From IMG/VR virus record IMGVR_UViG_3300037840_000255: a stretch of DNA of 64,000 bases. One strand, written 5' to 3'. The stretch is from an uncultured virus (IMG/VR IMGVR_UViG_3300037840_000255) (taxonomy: Duplodnaviria > Heunggongvirae > Uroviricota > Caudoviricetes). Below are positions 55,185-64,000 of this stretch, one piece after another; position 1 is the stretch's first letter; each line of letters starts with the position of its first letter. A program made the translations under genes and the position numbers. A model generated the notes under the pieces. The model made no database searches. It worked only from the letters and a program-made list of their open reading frames with translations, and had not been told where the DNA came from.

Positions 55185-56751
55185 AACCCTCACACGCAGC
55201 CAAGCTAAGGCGGCAGATGTTGCTGCGCTCTGGCGCGCACGCGCCCCGCTTCTCTGGATCGACAGCCGAGAGGAGGCGCGCGTCGAGCGATATCTTGCCG
55301 CCGCCGCCAAGTCGATCAAGTACGGTGTTATCACCTGGGATGTGGCCGTCGGTTTTGCCGACGCGACAGGCGAGCCTCTCAAAGAACCGGAAGGTTCGCG
55401 CGATCCTGGCGTCGCTCTCGACTTCATCCGCGAACGCGCCAAGGGCGGCGACCGCACTGTGTGGGTCCTCCGTGACTTCCCCACATGGCTGACAGGACCG
55501 GCCGGCGCGACCACGCTGCGCCAACTGCGCAACCTCGCGCGCTCGCTTCCTGACGCCGATCTGGCCAGCACGCAGGCCGTGGTGGTTCTCTCTCCGACGG
55601 CCGAAGTCCCGGCCGAACTGGCAGACCACGCAACGGTCATTGAGTGGCCACTTCCCGACCGCGCTGAGATCGGCGAGGTCCTCGACGAGGCTGTCAAGAC
55701 TGGCGGCGATAAGGTCGAGCCGCTCAACGGCAAGCGCGAGGCGGCTATTGATGCCGCTGTCGGCTTGACTGAAGGCGAGGCGGTTGCGTGCTTCAATCGC
55801 TCGCTGGTGCAACTGCGCAAGATCGATCCGGCTATCGTCGCCGCCGAGAAGCGCCGCGTCATCAGCCGCGAGAAAGTCTTGGAATGGTATGACCCGCTCC
55901 CCGGTGGGCTCGACGCGGTGGGCGGCCTCGATAACCTGAAGACTTGGCTGCGCACGCGCGCTTCGGCTTATTCGCCGGCAGCCCGCGCCTACGGGCTTCC
56001 TTCGCCGAAGGGCGTCCTCATTGTCGGTATCCCCGGCACGGGCAAGTCGCTCACCGCCAAGGCGGCCAGCACGACCTGGGGCATCCCGCTGATCCGCATG
56101 GACCTGGGAGCGTTGAAGTCGAAATTTGTCGGCGACAGCGAGGCCAACATCCGCCGCGCCTTCAAAGTGATCGAGGCCGTGGGCCGTTGCGTGGTCTGGC
56201 TCGACGAGATCGAGAAGGCGCTGCAGGGGTCTACATCTGGATCATCCGACGGGGGCACGTCATCCGATCAGCTCGGCGCGATCCTGTCATGGATGCAAGA
56301 GCGTTCGAGCGAGGCCTTCGTGATCGCCACAGCGAATGACGTGTCAGCACTCCCCCCCGAACTGCTGCGCAAAGGCCGCTTCGACGAATTGTTTTTCGTC
56401 GACCTGCCGAACCGCAGTGAGCGCATCCAGATCACCATGGCGACGCTCAAGATGTTCGGCCGCAAGTCGCATGTTGTCGATGTTGCCGCCGTTGCGGACG
56501 CGACCACGGACTTCACCGGCGCAGAGATCGCGGCCATCGTCCCCGAGGCGATGTTCACTGCCTTCAACGATGGTGCCCGCGAGATCAGCACGGACGATCT
56601 GTTGCAAGCCGCCCGTGATGTTGTGCCGCTCAGCAAAACCGCAGCGCCTAAGATCAAAGCGCTGCGGGACTGGGCAAACGGCAAAGCCCGCTCCGCGAGC
56701 GTTGCCGAAGAGAAAGCCCCGGAGCGCAAGCTGCGCGCCCTGGATATTTGA
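55174..56751 (+). CDS. AAA+ ATPase, Ycf46-like
   Basis: degenerate N-terminal domain; VGGLDNLK, GIPGTGKS, VWLDEIEK, ATAN, PPELLRKGRFDE; GGAG RBS before 55174. Confidence 0.9.
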   Translation: MPAETLTRSQAKAADVAALWRARAPLLWIDSREEARVERYLAAAAKSIKYGVITWDVAVGFADATGEPLKEPEGSRDPGVALDFIRERAKGGDRTVWVLRDFPTWLTGPAGATTLRQLRNLARSLPDADLASTQAVVVLSPTAEVPAELADHATVIEWPLPDRAEIGEVLDEAVKTGGDKVEPLNGKREAAIDAAVGLTEGEAVACFNRSLVQLRKIDPAIVAAEKRRVISREKVLEWYDPLPGGLDAVGGLDNLKTWLRTRASAYSPAARAYGLPSPKGVLIVGIPGTGKSLTAKAASTTWGIPLIRMDLGALKSKFVGDSEANIRRAFKVIEAVGRCVVWLDEIEKALQGSTSGSSDGGTSSDQLGAILSWMQERSSEAFVIATANDVSALPPELLRKGRFDELFFVDLPNRSERIQITMATLKMFGRKSHVVDVAAVADATTDFTGAEIAAIVPEAMFTAFNDGAREISTDDLLQAARDVVPLSKTAAPKIKALRDWANGKARSASVAEEKAPERKLRALDI

Positions 56752-56776
56752 ACCCTGAACCGAGAAAGGCTACGCC

Positions 56777-57514
56777 ATGTTGACCACAAGCACCCTCCGC
56801 CCCGGCTATCTGGTTTCTCTGAAAACCTCAGTCCGTGGCAACGTCCACTATGCCCGCACCGACCTGGGCAGCGAACAGGATGGCAGCGCAGCCATCGACA
56901 AGTGGACGACTAAGCGCACCATCGATGATCCAGTCGAACATGAGCGCGCCGGCAAGGCGCGGTCCAAGGCGGCCTCGGTCATCCGCTCAGTCTGCAAACA
57001 ATCGGCCTTCGGCTTGCTCTGCCCAGAAGTGGACAGCGATAAGCTGGAAGCCGCCACGGCCGAGGCCCGCAAGATCATCGACGACTTCAACGACACAGCG
57101 CAACTGTCCCGCATTTCGATCTATGTGCTGACGGGGCGCGTCATGCCTGACGACGTTGAGGCCGTGCGGGCGATCAACTCGGAGATTCGGGAGTTGATGG
57201 CGGAAATGTCTGGTGGCATCGAGAACGGCGACGTGGCCGCGATCCGCGAGGCGGCATCCAAAGTGAAAGGCATCGGTGAGATGCTCAGCACCGACGCCCA
57301 GACCAAAGTCGAGATGGCGGTGAAGGCCGCCCGCGAGACGGCGACGAAGATCAGAAAGGCTACCGACGACGGCGAGACTACGCTGAAGGTGGATACCTCT
57401 GCCGTCCGTCGCATCAACGAACTGCGCACCGCGTTTCTTGACCTGGATGATGCAGCAACCGTGGCCGCGCCCCGCAAGGTCGCGACCGCCCAGCTTGACC
57501 TCGCAGCGGAGTAA
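56777..57514 (+). CDS. DUF3150-like partner of the AAA+ ATPase
   Basis: helical 245 aa directly after the ATPase; SAFGLLCP. Confidence 0.6.
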   Translation: MLTTSTLRPGYLVSLKTSVRGNVHYARTDLGSEQDGSAAIDKWTTKRTIDDPVEHERAGKARSKAASVIRSVCKQSAFGLLCPEVDSDKLEAATAEARKIIDDFNDTAQLSRISIYVLTGRVMPDDVEAVRAINSEIRELMAEMSGGIENGDVAAIREAASKVKGIGEMLSTDAQTKVEMAVKAARETATKIRKATDDGETTLKVDTSAVRRINELRTAFLDLDDAATVAAPRKVATAQLDLAAE

Positions 57515-57521
57515 AACAGTC

Positions 57522-57863
57522 ATGGCGTGCGAAACAATGCGCAAGCCCAAGCAAACGCTCCAAGAGCGCATCGCCGAGATCACTAAGGCGGTTGCGCTCT
57601 TGGACGCCAAGCTGAAGAAGCGGCTTGTGAAGCCGGTGATCGGCCCGCAAGGGGCGATTACCTTCAAAGGCTGGGATGATCCAGCCGAACGCAACGGCAT
57701 AACCGATGCATGCGCCTACCGTCGCATTATGGCGACCGGCTCAGTCCTCGCGAAGCAAGAGATCGCTCGCGCGGAGCAGTTGGCTGGTCGCTCGGTGGAT
57801 CGGCAGGTCATTGGCCAGGGAACCCATAGTCATGATGGCGGAGCGACGTGGTCGCGGCACTGA
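57522..57863 (+). CDS. hypothetical protein of the AAA+ cluster
   Basis: GGAG RBS; MAC..; C-terminal HSHDGG.TW..H. Confidence 0.65.
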   Translation: MACETMRKPKQTLQERIAEITKAVALLDAKLKKRLVKPVIGPQGAITFKGWDDPAERNGITDACAYRRIMATGSVLAKQEIARAEQLAGRSVDRQVIGQGTHSHDGGATWSRH

Positions 57864-57951
57864 GCGGCGGCCTTCTGGGCATCTGATAGATGCCCAGCGG
57901 GGCGTCACGCAAGGCAGCGGGCGTCGTTCAAACCAAACTAGGAGTCTGACT

Positions 57952-58107
57952 ATGCGTAAACGTGAGTGGACTAGAGACGACCGTGCCAAGTTGCGCAAGA
58001 TGGCGACGCGCAAGCCCGCCAGGATCATCGCAGCGAGCCTGCGACGATCAGAAGGCGCGACACGGCAGAAGGCATCGTCGTTGGGCATCTCGCTCGACGC
58101 GCGCTGA
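57952..58107 (+). CDS. small HTH-like protein
   Basis: AGGAG RBS; WTRDD..LRKM..IAASLRRSEGATRQKASSLGISL. Confidence 0.7.
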   Translation: MRKREWTRDDRAKLRKMATRKPARIIAASLRRSEGATRQKASSLGISLDAR

Positions 58108-58170
58108 ACATAATGGGCGGCGGCTCACAATGAACCGCCGCCCCTCAACCTGAACCGATGGAGTGGCGTC

Positions 58171-58629
58171 ATGGAACGTATCGAATATAAAACCAGGGAC
58201 AAGAGCGGATGGGGCGATGGCCCTTGGCAATCTGAGCCGGACAAAATTCAATGGCAGGACGCCGCAACAGGAATGCCCTGTCTGATCGTGCGCAACCCTG
58301 TCGGCGCATTATGCGGCTATGTCGGCGTGGCACCGTCGCACCCAGCATTTGGCCACAGCCCTGATGAACCGGATGTCAGCGTTCACGGCGGCTTGACGTT
58401 CGCCGAGGGATGTTCGCACGGCAATGAGGCTCACAGTATCTGTCATGTGCCGGGCGATGGTGAGCCGGATAATGTTTGGTGGTTCGGCTTTGACTGCGCA
58501 CATGCCGGCGATCTTTGCCCAGGGATGCCGACCTACGTAAAACCGTTTGGTGGCGAAAGCTACCGTGACGTCGCCTACGTGATGGAGCAATGCCAGCGCT
58601 TGGCGGAGCAACTGAAGGGGCAGTCATGA
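58171..58629 (+). CDS. conserved phage protein
   Basis: LCGYV..HP, VHGGLTF, WWFGFDCAHAGD, YR. Confidence 0.8.
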   Translation: MERIEYKTRDKSGWGDGPWQSEPDKIQWQDAATGMPCLIVRNPVGALCGYVGVAPSHPAFGHSPDEPDVSVHGGLTFAEGCSHGNEAHSICHVPGDGEPDNVWWFGFDCAHAGDLCPGMPTYVKPFGGESYRDVAYVMEQCQRLAEQLKGQS

Positions 58630-58904
58630 CCGAGCATCCCGACTACACCTTCACCAAAGCCGATTGGTCGCTGATCCCTGACTACATGATCGGTGGCCTT
58701 CGGCGCTGGATCGAGAACGGCATAGAGCCTGGAGACTTTCTCTGTGCCGTTCTGAAGAATGATCTGAAAGAGGCGTGCGCCCGCGCCGATGATAACAACC
58801 AGCGACGCCTCTTCCAGTACATAAAGTTCCTTTACTGCTATGCGCCGTCAGGATGTTTCGGTTCGGAGGAGAAGTTTGATCATTGGAAGCATGCTTATCC
58901 GGTT

Positions 58905-59975
58905 TCAACATGCAGGCGCTAAAGGTTGATCGTCATGAGGGCTGACCTTCGCGTGCTGCCAGTCCCCGCTATAGAGGCCGTCATAGGTCGGGCTTTCGCC
59001 ATTCGCACCGATGCCGAGCAACGAGCGGAAAGCGTTGAAGGGGTAGAAGCGGCGGTTAAAGCGGAACGCAAACTCATTGAGGTAGGCTTGCAGATGCTTC
59101 GGCTCGACGCGGCCGTGATGCGTCCCTTGAAGCCACGCTTTGAGATTGCTGAAAACAAGGTGGACGATGGGCAGGTATTCTTCGGCAACCTGCGGGTCGC
59201 CGCCCTCGACTACCGGCAGATGGGCATAGCCTCGCGTCCCGAGCGAATTGTAGGACGGCGCGGCATCGGTCACGACCATCGCGCCAAGGGCTACGGCGGC
59301 CTCGACAAAACCGCACAGGGCCTTCTCAGTGCGATCCGGCACAATCTCAATGCGGAGACGCCCGGCGTATCGGCCGCCGCGCCGCATGGGCTTATCGCCC
59401 TTCTTAGCGGGTCGTGTACGGACTTCGACGGCGGCAATGACCAGCGTCTTTTCATCGGCGTGAACGCCTTTGCCTTTTCCCCGCGTCTCGCCGCCGACGT
59501 AGGTTTCGTCAATCTCGACGTGATCGCCACGGGCCAGATTGCTGCCAATGGGATCGCGGTTCGGTCGCACCATGCCAGCGCGGAGCTTGTGCAGGGTTTG
59601 AAAGGCCGTCTCGTACCGTTTGAGGCCAAGCTGCCGCTGCAACTGTGTGGCCGAAATGCCGGGGGTAAGGCTGGAAACGAGATAGGCCGCCCAAAACCAC
59701 GTTGTAAGCGGCGTATGGGTACCTTCCATGACGGTATTGACCGTGATGGACGTTTGCTTGCGGCAGGCAGAACAAGCCAGCACACGCGGCCGACTCGCCA
59801 GCCTGATCGGTTCGCCCTTTTCGTGGCAGTGCGGGCACTCGAAACCCTTGGGCCACTTTGCGCCTTCAAGCCAGCGGGCGCAGGCCACGTCATCCGGGAA
59901 CAGCCGTTGAAAATCCCGGAGCGATTTGGGGAACGGCAGATGTTCCCATTGGTGAATGTCGTGAAGGGCGGCCAC
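58905..59975 (-). CDS. IS1595 (ISXO2-like) transposase
   Basis: WPKGFECPHC Zn ribbon, VEIDETYVGG, VVTD, HLQAYLNEFAFRFNRR. Confidence 0.93.
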   Translation of the reverse strand: MAALHDIHQWEHLPFPKSLRDFQRLFPDDVACARWLEGAKWPKGFECPHCHEKGEPIRLASRPRVLACSACRKQTSITVNTVMEGTHTPLTTWFWAAYLVSSLTPGISATQLQRQLGLKRYETAFQTLHKLRAGMVRPNRDPIGSNLARGDHVEIDETYVGGETRGKGKGVHADEKTLVIAAVEVRTRPAKKGDKPMRRGGRYAGRLRIEIVPDRTEKALCGFVEAAVALGAMVVTDAAPSYNSLGTRGYAHLPVVEGGDPQVAEEYLPIVHLVFSNLKAWLQGTHHGRVEPKHLQAYLNEFAFRFNRRFYPFNAFRSLLGIGANGESPTYDGLYSGDWQHAKVSPHDDQPLAPAC

Positions 59976-60635
59976 TTAACCCTCCCGGCCATGGAAGTCT
60001 TGCGCCGCGTCCCATCGGCTGCCTGTCTCGCCGCCGTTACTGACGCTACATACGATGCTCGCCCATTCCGGCGCGGGGACGGTCATCTGCGCAGTGACGT
60101 ATTGGCCGTCGCAATGCGTCGCCCTAACGGCCCCATCGTCAAGGCGCTTGAAATACCAGCCATCTTTCCAGTGAAACCCGACCGTGGCTTCGTTTATGCG
60201 GGCCAACCGTTCGCGCTCGTAGCGCGCGTCATCGTCCTGTTTTCGCGTTTTTGTGCGTTCCGTATATTCAGTCCGCGCCGCTTCAAGAGCCGACTGACAT
60301 TCGTACCGCCCGCACCAATTTTTATTGAGGCACATAGTGCCCGTGCTGCCGGTGGGGTTCTGGCAGTTGTCGCAAAGTGGACTATCCAGTTCTTTTTTGG
60401 CGATGGCGGCCAAAAACGCCGCCTTAGAGGGCCATCGCTTTTCCCAAACAACGCGCTGGCGCTCACCTTTAACGGCAACATCGCTTTCGGAAACGCTGTC
60501 AAAACGGAACAAACGGCGGTTGTCATAGACGCCCTTAATCCAGTGGCGTCCGGGACCGCCGTATCCCTCGATAAAGCCGCCCCTCATGTCGATCTTCGGC
60601 TTAAAGCCTTTGTTAACGGTCATTTTTGCCTCCAT
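59976..60635 (-). CDS. IS passenger gene, phage-like hypothetical protein
   Basis: 219 aa inside the IS ends; CxxC..C..C..C cluster; FHWKDGWYFKR..EWASIV. Confidence 0.7.
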   Translation of the reverse strand: MEAKMTVNKGFKPKIDMRGGFIEGYGGPGRHWIKGVYDNRRLFRFDSVSESDVAVKGERQRVVWEKRWPSKAAFLAAIAKKELDSPLCDNCQNPTGSTGTMCLNKNWCGRYECQSALEAARTEYTERTKTRKQDDDARYERERLARINEATVGFHWKDGWYFKRLDDGAVRATHCDGQYVTAQMTVPAPEWASIVCSVSNGGETGSRWDAAQDFHGREG

Positions 60636-60769
60636 TGTTGCAGCCCTTTATCTAGCACAAGTGGGTGCATGTGTCAACCGGATAAGCATGATTGGAAGGC
60701 GCACAAGGGAATGGATTGGCCCGACATCTATGATGGCGACGGCCCTGCGCGCGTCGTGACGGTGGCGTC

Positions 60770-61174
60770 ATGCCCATAGGCTTCATGGCGTCACACGCTG
60801 CGCTGGAACGCAAGGCTCCGCACGGCAAACCATGCACGAATTGCGGCCTATGTTGTATGGCGACTCTGTGCATGGTGGGGAAGTCTATCTATAAGCGCGT
60901 GGTGGGGCCTTGTCCTGCCTTACGTATGGAGGGCGGCGTCAGCTCCTGCGATGTTGCCACCAATCCCGCAAAGTACCGGCGCGATCTGGTAAACGCGCAC
61001 GGCGAGAAGGCTGTGAGCGCTGCCGTCAAACATCTGATCGGCCTCGGCCTTGGTTGCGATGCCAGATTCAATGGCGAACAACCAGACGAAAACTTCTACA
61101 AACTGCTGAGCGAGCATGATCAGCGCACTGCGGTGGAGACATATTTGGCTAAGAGGATGTGGAATATCCCATGA
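60770..61174 (+). CDS. Cys-cluster (YkgJ-like) protein
   Basis: CTNCGLCC..C..CPAL..C. Confidence 0.7.
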   Translation: MPIGFMASHAALERKAPHGKPCTNCGLCCMATLCMVGKSIYKRVVGPCPALRMEGGVSSCDVATNPAKYRRDLVNAHGEKAVSAAVKHLIGLGLGCDARFNGEQPDENFYKLLSEHDQRTAVETYLAKRMWNIP

Positions 61175-61566
61175 GAGCAAAGCTTCCTGATAAACTGGAG
61201 AATGGACGCCTTAGAAGCGGGCCGTGGGGCTCCTCCGCGACAGATGGCCCTTATGGCGCTTTCCGTGTCCACGGGCCGTGCGGCTCTACGCTGGCGATCA
61301 TAGCCTCTGCTGGCGAAGAACCAGTGACTGAAGGTTGGCAACACGTCAGTGTCTCAACATCAAACCGGCCGCCGAACTGGCAAGAGATGTGTTTCGTTAA
61401 ATCTCTTTTCTGGGACGACGAAGAGACTGTGATCCAGTTCCACCCCGCCGTATCGGCCTACGTCAACAATCATAGCCACTGCCTGCATCTGTGGAAGCCG
61501 CCGTTTGATATGCCGCTGCCGCCGAGCATCCTAGTCGGCATCAAGGCGCTAGGGACGCTGAAATGA
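61171..61566 (+). CDS. conserved phage protein
   Basis: WQHVSVS..RPPNWQEMCFVKSLFW..YVNNHSHCLHLW. Confidence 0.8.
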   Translation: MRAKLPDKLENGRLRSGPWGSSATDGPYGAFRVHGPCGSTLAIIASAGEEPVTEGWQHVSVSTSNRPPNWQEMCFVKSLFWDDEETVIQFHPAVSAYVNNHSHCLHLWKPPFDMPLPPSILVGIKALGTLK

Positions 61567-61718
61567 TGACACAGACAATCGGGCCGCGAGAGAAGGCATT
61601 ACGCGAGGCACGAGAGGCCCTGGCAAAACAAGTTGTGTCGCGCAAGCGACCGCCATCATCAGTAAACCAGTGGGATGATATGCCCAAGCCGAAAGCCGGG
61701 AAAACAACAAGACGCCGC

Positions 61719-61747
61719 TTGACCCGCAAACCACGCTAACCTACTTT
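61719..61747 (+). promoter_or_regulatory. sigma70-type promoter for the recombination genes
   Basis: TTGACC-N17-TACTTT. Confidence 0.55.
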
Positions 61748-61790
61748 CATGGGGCGCTGCGTTGCGGCGTCCGAACCGATGGAGACACCA

Positions 61791-62567
61791 ATGGCTACCC
61801 CTAAAGCAAAATTGCATCAGGTTGCGCTAGCGCCCCCACAGGGGGAGGCCGGGGCTGTCCTGGCCATGATCGAGCGCCTGGCCCGCGATCCCAACGCCGA
61901 CGTGGACAAGGTCGAGCGCCTTATGGCCATGCGTTCGGCCAGTATCATGCGGGACCGGGAGGACGCCTTTAATGCCGCCATGGCGGCCGCCCAGAAGCGC
62001 ATGGTGGCCGTGGTCAAGGATGCCGCCAACGCTAGCACCCGCAGCAAGTACGCTTCCTTCCCGGCCCTGGACCGCGCCGTGAGGCCTATCTACACCGATG
62101 CTGGGTTTTCTCTCTCCTACGATACTGGCGACGCCCCCCACCCGGAGACGGTCCGGGTGCTCTGCTACGTGAGCGGCCACGGATTCACCCGGACCTATCA
62201 CGCCGATATGCCCGCCGATGGCAAAGGAGCCAAGGGCGGTGACGTGATGACGAAGACCCACGCGGTTGGTTCAGCCTTCACTTATGGGCAACGCTACCTC
62301 CTGAAGTTCATCTTCAACCTTGCCACTATTGACCGGGACGATGACGGCAATGCTGCCGGCAATCCAGAGGACAACGGACCGATCACGCAAGCCCAGATCG
62401 AAGTCCTCGAAAAGATGGTCGCCGAGATCGGCGGCAAGCGCGCCGACGAGTTACGCACTTCCACACTTGCCTATTTCAAAGCCGAGACGTTCGCCGACAT
62501 CACCGCCAAAGAGTTCAAGCGCGTGGTCGCCGCGCTAAACAAGAAGCGGCAGCAGGCCACGTCATGA
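61791..62567 (+). CDS. ERF-family ssDNA annealing protein
   Basis: AFNAAM, KYA, GSAFTYGQRY, DDDGNAA. Confidence 0.88.
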   Translation: MATPKAKLHQVALAPPQGEAGAVLAMIERLARDPNADVDKVERLMAMRSASIMRDREDAFNAAMAAAQKRMVAVVKDAANASTRSKYASFPALDRAVRPIYTDAGFSLSYDTGDAPHPETVRVLCYVSGHGFTRTYHADMPADGKGAKGGDVMTKTHAVGSAFTYGQRYLLKFIFNLATIDRDDDGNAAGNPEDNGPITQAQIEVLEKMVAEIGGKRADELRTSTLAYFKAETFADITAKEFKRVVAALNKKRQQATS

Positions 62568-63211
62568 CCGAGATCGAGCAGGGCTCGCCAGAGTGGCATC
62601 AACTGCGGCTCGGCAAATTAACCGCTTCACGCATTGCCGACGCAACCACACGTCTCAAAAGTGGCGGCTGGGGCGCAAGCCGCGCCTCCTACATGGGCGA
62701 GCTGATAGCAGAGCGCCTGACTGGCGTGCCGTTCGAGGCTTACGTCAGCGCCGCCATGAAGCAAGGCACCGAGTTGGAGCCTGAGGCGCGTGCGGCCTAC
62801 GAATACTACGAGAGCGTAGTCGTCGAGAAGATCGCCTTCATTGATCATCCTGCCATCGCCATGAGCGGGGCAAGCCCAGACGGCTTTGTCGGTCGCGACG
62901 GGCTTGTCGAATTGAAATGCCCGCTGGTTCACACGCACATCGCCACGCTGCTCGGTGATTCCATCGACGGCAACTACATCAAGCAAATGCAATGGCAGAT
63001 GGCCTGCAGCGGGCGCAAGTGGTGCGACTGGGTGTCGTATAGCCCTAAGCTACCAGAACGCATGCGTCTGTTCGTTAAGCGTGTGCCCCGCGACGACAAG
63101 ATGATCGCTGGCCTGGAGGAGGACGCCAAAGGCTTCCTGTGGGAACTGGATAAGGCCGTCATGGCGCTGCGCAATGCTTATGGAGAGACCGATGCCGCAA
63201 CCGCAGCATAG
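62564..63211 (+). CDS. YqaJ/lambda-type exonuclease
   Basis: QGSPEW..RLGKLTAS, GTELEPEAR, ASPDG, ELKCP, QMQWQM. Confidence 0.92.
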   Translation: MTEIEQGSPEWHQLRLGKLTASRIADATTRLKSGGWGASRASYMGELIAERLTGVPFEAYVSAAMKQGTELEPEARAAYEYYESVVVEKIAFIDHPAIAMSGASPDGFVGRDGLVELKCPLVHTHIATLLGDSIDGNYIKQMQWQMACSGRKWCDWVSYSPKLPERMRLFVKRVPRDDKMIAGLEEDAKGFLWELDKAVMALRNAYGETDAATAA

Positions 63212-63422
63212 GGATGTTACCCTCGCCACGTTACAGGCCGAACGTGATCTAGCCATTGGCCAGAACCTGAGACTTCGGCTTCTCGCTTCGGCAATGGTGG
63301 CGTGCTTGGACGACATAGTGACGGTCTGCGGAGATGGCTTGCCGGGCTTGCAGCCACAGTTGAACCGCGCCCGCGGTGCCCTGGACAAGGCACGCGAGAC
63401 CATAAGGGCCTTGCAGCCGTGA
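63192..63422 (+). CDS. hypothetical protein
   Basis: GGAG RBS; helical 76 aa. Confidence 0.55.
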   Translation: MPQPQHRDVTLATLQAERDLAIGQNLRLRLLASAMVACLDDIVTVCGDGLPGLQPQLNRARGALDKARETIRALQP

Positions 63423-63937
63423 CCGAGAAGATCGGGCCAGCGCTCTTCAGGTGGGATGGCCAGGTGATGATCCCGCATCCACGTTTCCAACCGTTGTGCA
63501 CGCGGCAGTTTGCGGTGGGCGAGGAGTATGCTCTGGCACCGCCGGAATTTTCCTCTACGGCATCGCGCCGGCACTTCTTTGCTTCGCTGCACGATGCTTG
63601 GCTGAATCTACCGGAGAGAGATAAACGCTTCCCCACGTCGGAGCATTTCCGTAAGTGGCTGCTCGTCCACACCGGCTTTGCCGACGAGCGCACCATTGTC
63701 TGCGATACGCGACGCGACGCCAAGAATCTCGCGCTGGCCGCCCGTGATCTGGACGGCTTCGCGGTCATTGAGTGCCGTGAATGCGTGGTGAAAATCTGGA
63801 CCGCCAAGTCGCAGTCGGCTCAGGCCATGGGCCATGAGGAGTTTCAGGCCAGCAAAAATGCCGTCCTGGATGAAGCTGCAAAGATGATCGGCGTGACGCG
63901 GACGGAATTGGTTAAGAAGGGCGGCAGAGCAGCATGA
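63419..63937 (+). CDS. NinB/DUF1367-like recombination accessory protein
   Basis: HFFASLHDAW.NLPE, EHFRKWLL, AKSQS..M..EEFQ. Confidence 0.6.
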   Translation: MTEKIGPALFRWDGQVMIPHPRFQPLCTRQFAVGEEYALAPPEFSSTASRRHFFASLHDAWLNLPERDKRFPTSEHFRKWLLVHTGFADERTIVCDTRRDAKNLALAARDLDGFAVIECRECVVKIWTAKSQSAQAMGHEEFQASKNAVLDEAAKMIGVTRTELVKKGGRAA

Positions 63938-64000
63938 GACTGTACCGCCCGCACATCCCTCTTTCCGTGCGCTGCCAGGTTGCCGCACGGCAGCTTGGAT

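Larger units (their letters stand above)
58890..60690 (-). mobile_element. IS1595-family element with passenger gene
   Basis: terminal inverted repeats beginning CATGCTTATCCGGTT; 8-bp target duplication ATTGGAAG at 58882-58889 and 60691-60698. Confidence 0.92.
58626..60779 (+). pseudogene. phage gene interrupted by IS1595 (58626-58889 joined to 60699-60779)
   Basis: PGDFLCAVLKNDL..RAD..AP..GS; removing the IS restores an open frame ..DHWK-AHKGMDWP.. Confidence 0.8.

Noticed and set aside
58926..60779. 617-aa plus-strand ORF across the IS
   Set aside because: Antisense to the transposase and passenger; only its last 26 codons belong to the interrupted phage gene

Overview
The window is most of the genome of a GC-rich tailed dsDNA phage. 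It has a siphovirus-like layout with no sheath gene, and its host is probably a Bradyrhizobium/Rhizobiales-type alphaproteobacterium, inferred from an 'ADMPVKAP' outer-membrane protein, a DUF3309-like peptide and GcrA-like HTH proteins. One long minus-strand arm (54.4 kb down to 1.26 kb) runs: RuvC-like, MT-A70 methylase, NusG-like, terminase, portal, ADP-ribosyltransferase, MuF/gpF, DUF2213 protease-scaffold, cement, DUF2184 capsid, a decoration/fibre cluster, neck, tail tube, frameshifted chaperone, tape measure, tail tip, glycosyltransferase-like genes, and an extended lysis/envelope cassette. A plus-strand early arm (54.7-64 kb, apparently continuing at 0.15-1.4 kb) carries a Ycf46-like AAA+ cluster, an IS1595 element with a passenger gene, and an ERF/YqaJ recombination pair. 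The main candidate new system is a ~55-aa domain found alone right after the major capsid gene and again fused, through Pro-rich linkers, to two sugar-transferase-like enzymes. This suggests capsid-addressed virion glycosylation. Other notable signals are an Ig-like protein with a possible donor strand shared with a secreted glycoside hydrolase, a repeated start-associated 11-mer, a trimmed adenylation enzyme, and an endonuclease that appears to have replaced a gene tail. All family assignments come from motif recognition by eye; no searches were run.
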